Positions 24,701 through 26,298 of a stretch of 26,298 nt of DNA are shown one piece after another. The notes under the pieces were generated by a model that was not told the DNA's origin, ran no database searches, and saw nothing but the letters and a program-made list of their open reading frames with translations. Every line of letters starts with the position of its first letter. Positions within the stretch are counted from its first letter, which is position 1. This DNA comes from a virus. Lineage: Duplodnaviria > Caudoviricetes. Made by a program: the position numbers and the translations under genes. The stretch covers positions 1-26,298 of the IMG/VR virus record IMGVR_UViG_3300025712_000364. The stretch is one strand, 5' to 3'.

Positions 24701-26297
24701 GATCAGCTATGTTTGTTAATATATAACCAGCAGGTATTATATGTTCATATCTTAACGCACCTGTATAATCACCTACAAACTTATATGTGTATGGCGCAGA
24801 TCTACGCAACATAGTTTGCATGTTGCTATTTAAAGACTGTAATGCTAATATAAAATCTATATCATCGTAGTTATTACCCCTTTGTTTGTTTAAGAAGTCT
24901 AGATATTTAAACATAGCAGCTGTTTGCTCGTCGGCTTCAGCTTTGCTTTGATCGTAAGTTATGTTATTTTTTATTACAGCTTTTGACTCTATTGGGTTTA
25001 ATTTTATTTCAGAATTACCTAAGAATACATCTTGACCTTCGTATGTTATTTCATAACCACCTTCTCGCTTGCCTAACTTATTTACTTTAGTAATTTGCAT
25101 GCCAAGGTTATCACGTAATAACGTGTTTAGCATCTCGTCTACATTCTGGTAGTTTTGAAATCTTGACCTTGCGCCAACTCTATCTTTGTCAATTATACTA
25201 AGTATACCATCAATAATACCAAAAGCTTTGTTTGATATTTGACTTGCTGAAGCTGTGTGACCCTTCATAAACTTTAAAACAAACTTAGCAACTTCTTTAG
25301 GGTCGTTGTTAAATTCTTTCATTAAGCTCTTTATAAACTTCTTGTCTGTTTTTCTTGCTGTTTCTACTCTACCATCTTCAAGATGATAAGCATTTAAATC
25401 TTTTTCTAAGTTAGCTATTTTATCTACATATTTACCAAACATTAGATCATCACTTACTATATCAGCAAACTCTTGCTGTATAAAATCTTCTAATGTAACA
25501 ACGCCTGGTTTTATTTTAGATCTTTCTGCTTTTGCTAGCTTTGTAAAGTCACCATACTTAGCGATAACACTACTATATGCTTTTGCCACTTGCAACATTT
25601 TTTTATCACCAAACCTTAATAGTTGCCTTACAGCAGCCTCAACATCAACACCTTTTCTTATTAGCTCAACAATTTGATCGTTAACTTCAAATACTTTTAT
25701 TCTATCAGGCGGAGCTAATGTTTCTACACTATTTTTTATTCTATCACTCTGCCTTACTATTTCAGCTGCTTTAGCTTCGCTTATAACTCTATCAAATAAG
25801 CTTTGTGTTTTTGCTAGTCTTTCTGCTATAGGTGAGTTTTTAAAGCTACCTGTTTTTATATAGTTAAGTAAATCATTTTGTAATATCTCTCTTGCTAGTC
25901 TTTGTGATAAATTAATAGCTAAACCTTCTTTTTTAGCTTGACTTGGTTTGTTATTAGGTAAGAATATATCTAACAAAGCTTGTGGATTTCTTATAAGATT
26001 TCTTATACCTTGCTTATCTTTTCTCATTATCTGTGGACCAGATGTTTTACCCGTGTCAGCTTTACTTTGTCTGTCTATTTTTTTACCTTGCCAGTCCGAT
26101 ATAAACTCACCATTAACAGATTTTTGTACTATCTGTGGTATGTTCTTAGCAGCGTATTCAGTGCTAACTTCATTTAGCATTGTAGCTGTATTATTTTCTA
26201 TGAAAGATTTTAAGTCTTTTAATAAAGGTGCTATTACTCTCCAGTTACCACCACCTGGGTTTTTAGCTGTAGCTTGAGCAAACCTAGCATTTAACGT
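21717..26297 (-). CDS. Giant multidomain (polyvalent/internal virion-like) protein with HAD phosphatase domain, 5'-truncated
   Basis: The frame stays open upstream of the track's ATG 26180 to the window edge, so the protein is >1520 aa. HAD motifs DFDDT, LTAR, K and ADD; an EHIIP motif; a helical C-terminal region typical of large ejected phage proteins. Confidence 0.8.
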   Translation of the reverse strand, partial: TLNARFAQATAKNPGGGNWRVIAPLLKDLKSFIENNTATMLNEVSTEYAAKNIPQIVQKSVNGEFISDWQGKKIDRQSKADTGKTSGPQIMRKDKQGIRNLIRNPQALLDIFLPNNKPSQAKKEGLAINLSQRLAREILQNDLLNYIKTGSFKNSPIAERLAKTQSLFDRVISEAKAAEIVRQSDRIKNSVETLAPPDRIKVFEVNDQIVELIRKGVDVEAAVRQLLRFGDKKMLQVAKAYSSVIAKYGDFTKLAKAERSKIKPGVVTLEDFIQQEFADIVSDDLMFGKYVDKIANLEKDLNAYHLEDGRVETARKTDKKFIKSLMKEFNNDPKEVAKFVLKFMKGHTASASQISNKAFGIIDGILSIIDKDRVGARSRFQNYQNVDEMLNTLLRDNLGMQITKVNKLGKREGGYEITYEGQDVFLGNSEIKLNPIESKAVIKNNITYDQSKAEADEQTAAMFKYLDFLNKQRGNNYDDIDFILALQSLNSNMQTMLRRSAPYTYKFVGDYTGALRYEHIIPAGYILTNIADHYLNKGKTKADLKKLMSKYEVAIIPETMDKQIPMGSLMARGYQAGDNALANRYYTIANFGKDNFYPVKNINNGDVFGDVFSKKSLQRLNIRAKNSVEKRSDSKAAQHFVVAMKKSIDPNAKQKGASVIDFDDTLAKTTSKVLYTLPNGTKGKIDATEFATRSEALEAKGADFDFSEFTKVKAGKRGPFFGKAQALKDKFGNTDIFVLTARPQDAAPAIQKFLSGIGLDLKIENIIGLENGTPQAKADWITSKVAEGYNDILFADDAIKNVKAVADVIDMFNIGGKIYQARQKFSKEGSTEKTLDKILDENNPDSDVAGRTVDETEAREKGRPGFWLKELFNFRSKINQIFIPPSAEDLKGLWDNHIAGKGRKGESDKVWFEETILRPYARAERALDRIKLAIRDGMVNLKKMYGKDFVQDLYKDAMPEFTRMDAARIYLWWRAGHDIPGVTTEQFDKLLDYVMKDQQLKNYADNVFELLNDNIKPALVPLFELYPPPTQYWKQQDINSDVEFVFKFIRPSIHQEFIDNRYNVFTPEMMNKIQAIYGTQFREALEDIFFRMEEGVNRNASQINNPWIKWLNFATGNIMFVNIRSALLQSISATNFIEVTGPNNLFNTLARVMDRKQWVADFTALWNSEFLRNRRGRGKIDIVQEEIQRTVASEKDPFLRLASILQNKGYAPTRFMDSLAIAFGGAAYYRNLINDYVSKGMDQVQAERTAMRDFREKAEASQQSARADLISMQQASVMGRIFLTFQNVTMQYTRLGKKALNDFKNGRRVKNADGTFKSLRDSRLEQAWQMFQFMAYQNLLFAGLQKAIILMFALGEGEEVEEKQKIDYLNAALDSILRGSGIVGGILSVVKNIGIEIARGNRRNLDVKVLEISPTISTKFRKAAKIINAIGKGNYKDLLIETPSFIYGLPTDRIERLIRQIEAGVDLHDQGYKSYERILMSLGWSTYDFGLAKPPTVLDILDLSEKTTKKPKGRGGRKGRTGRKNR

Positions 26298-26298
26298 T

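Larger units (their letters stand above)
1..26298. mobile_element. Segment of a dsDNA bacteriophage genome (probable Bacteroidota/Flavobacteriia phage)
   Basis: Contains a T7/Twinkle-like primase-helicase, ERF, phage SSB, RNR, endolysin and a giant virion-like protein. Genes are tightly packed with ATGA/TAATG overlaps in two convergent arms. No cellular housekeeping context and no integrase in the window. Confidence 0.93.

Noticed and set aside
21641-26277. + strand ORFs opposite the giant gene (21641-21964, 21676-21891, 22687-22995, 23207-23398, 23947-24276, 24304-24510, 25948-26277, 25980-26177)
   Set aside because: They are antisense shadows of a long, motif-bearing minus-strand ORF.
21717-26297. 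Virion RNA polymerase (crAss/N4-like) identity for the giant protein
   Set aside because: No polymerase catalytic motif was recognised in the visible part, and DFDDT sits in a HAD context. The missing N-terminal part cannot be judged.
1-26298. Stop-codon reassignment (as in some Bacteroidota phages)
   Set aside because: Genes are full length under the standard bacterial code, and TAA, TGA and TAG all end genes at expected positions (e.g. nrdB ends in TAG).
1-26298. tRNA genes, CRISPR arrays, introns/inteins, integrase/att sites
   Set aside because: After adding small ORFs there is almost no intergenic space, and no repeat-spacer pattern or cloverleaf was seen. nrdA, nrdB and the helicase are uninterrupted and of compact length.

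Overview
The window is a fragment of an AT-rich, gene-dense dsDNA tailed-phage genome. The host is probably Bacteroidota/Flavobacteriia, inferred from A-rich starts without Shine-Dalgarno motifs and from the types of SSB, RNR and lipoproteins. Two arms converge at about 18.5 kb. The + arm (1-18534) carries replication, recombination and nucleotide-metabolism genes: ATP-dependent ligase, sigma factor, ERF, RecE-like exonuclease, SSB, primase-helicase and class I RNR. It also carries a thymidylate-synthase homologue with the dCMP-specific Asp of T4 gp42-type dCMP hydroxymethylases, flanked by NTP-pyrophosphatase-like genes. Directly after nrdA, a translationally coupled 8-gene cassette follows: JmjC oxygenase, radical SAM/SPASM, SDR, cupin, KdsB, KdsA, GT-A glycosyltransferase and a GT29 (sialyltransferase-like) enzyme. 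The - arm (18506-26298) holds small basic proteins, a PAP2 phosphatase, an M15 endolysin with membrane proteins and a lipoprotein, and a 5'-truncated giant protein with an embedded HAD domain. The best candidate for an undescribed system is a phage-encoded CMP-Kdo synthesis, tailoring and transfer pathway in a phage that appears to make modified cytosine. This could be Kdo-type glycosylation of DNA; virion or host-surface glycosylation are the alternatives. All calls come from motif recognition by eye, and no database search was run.
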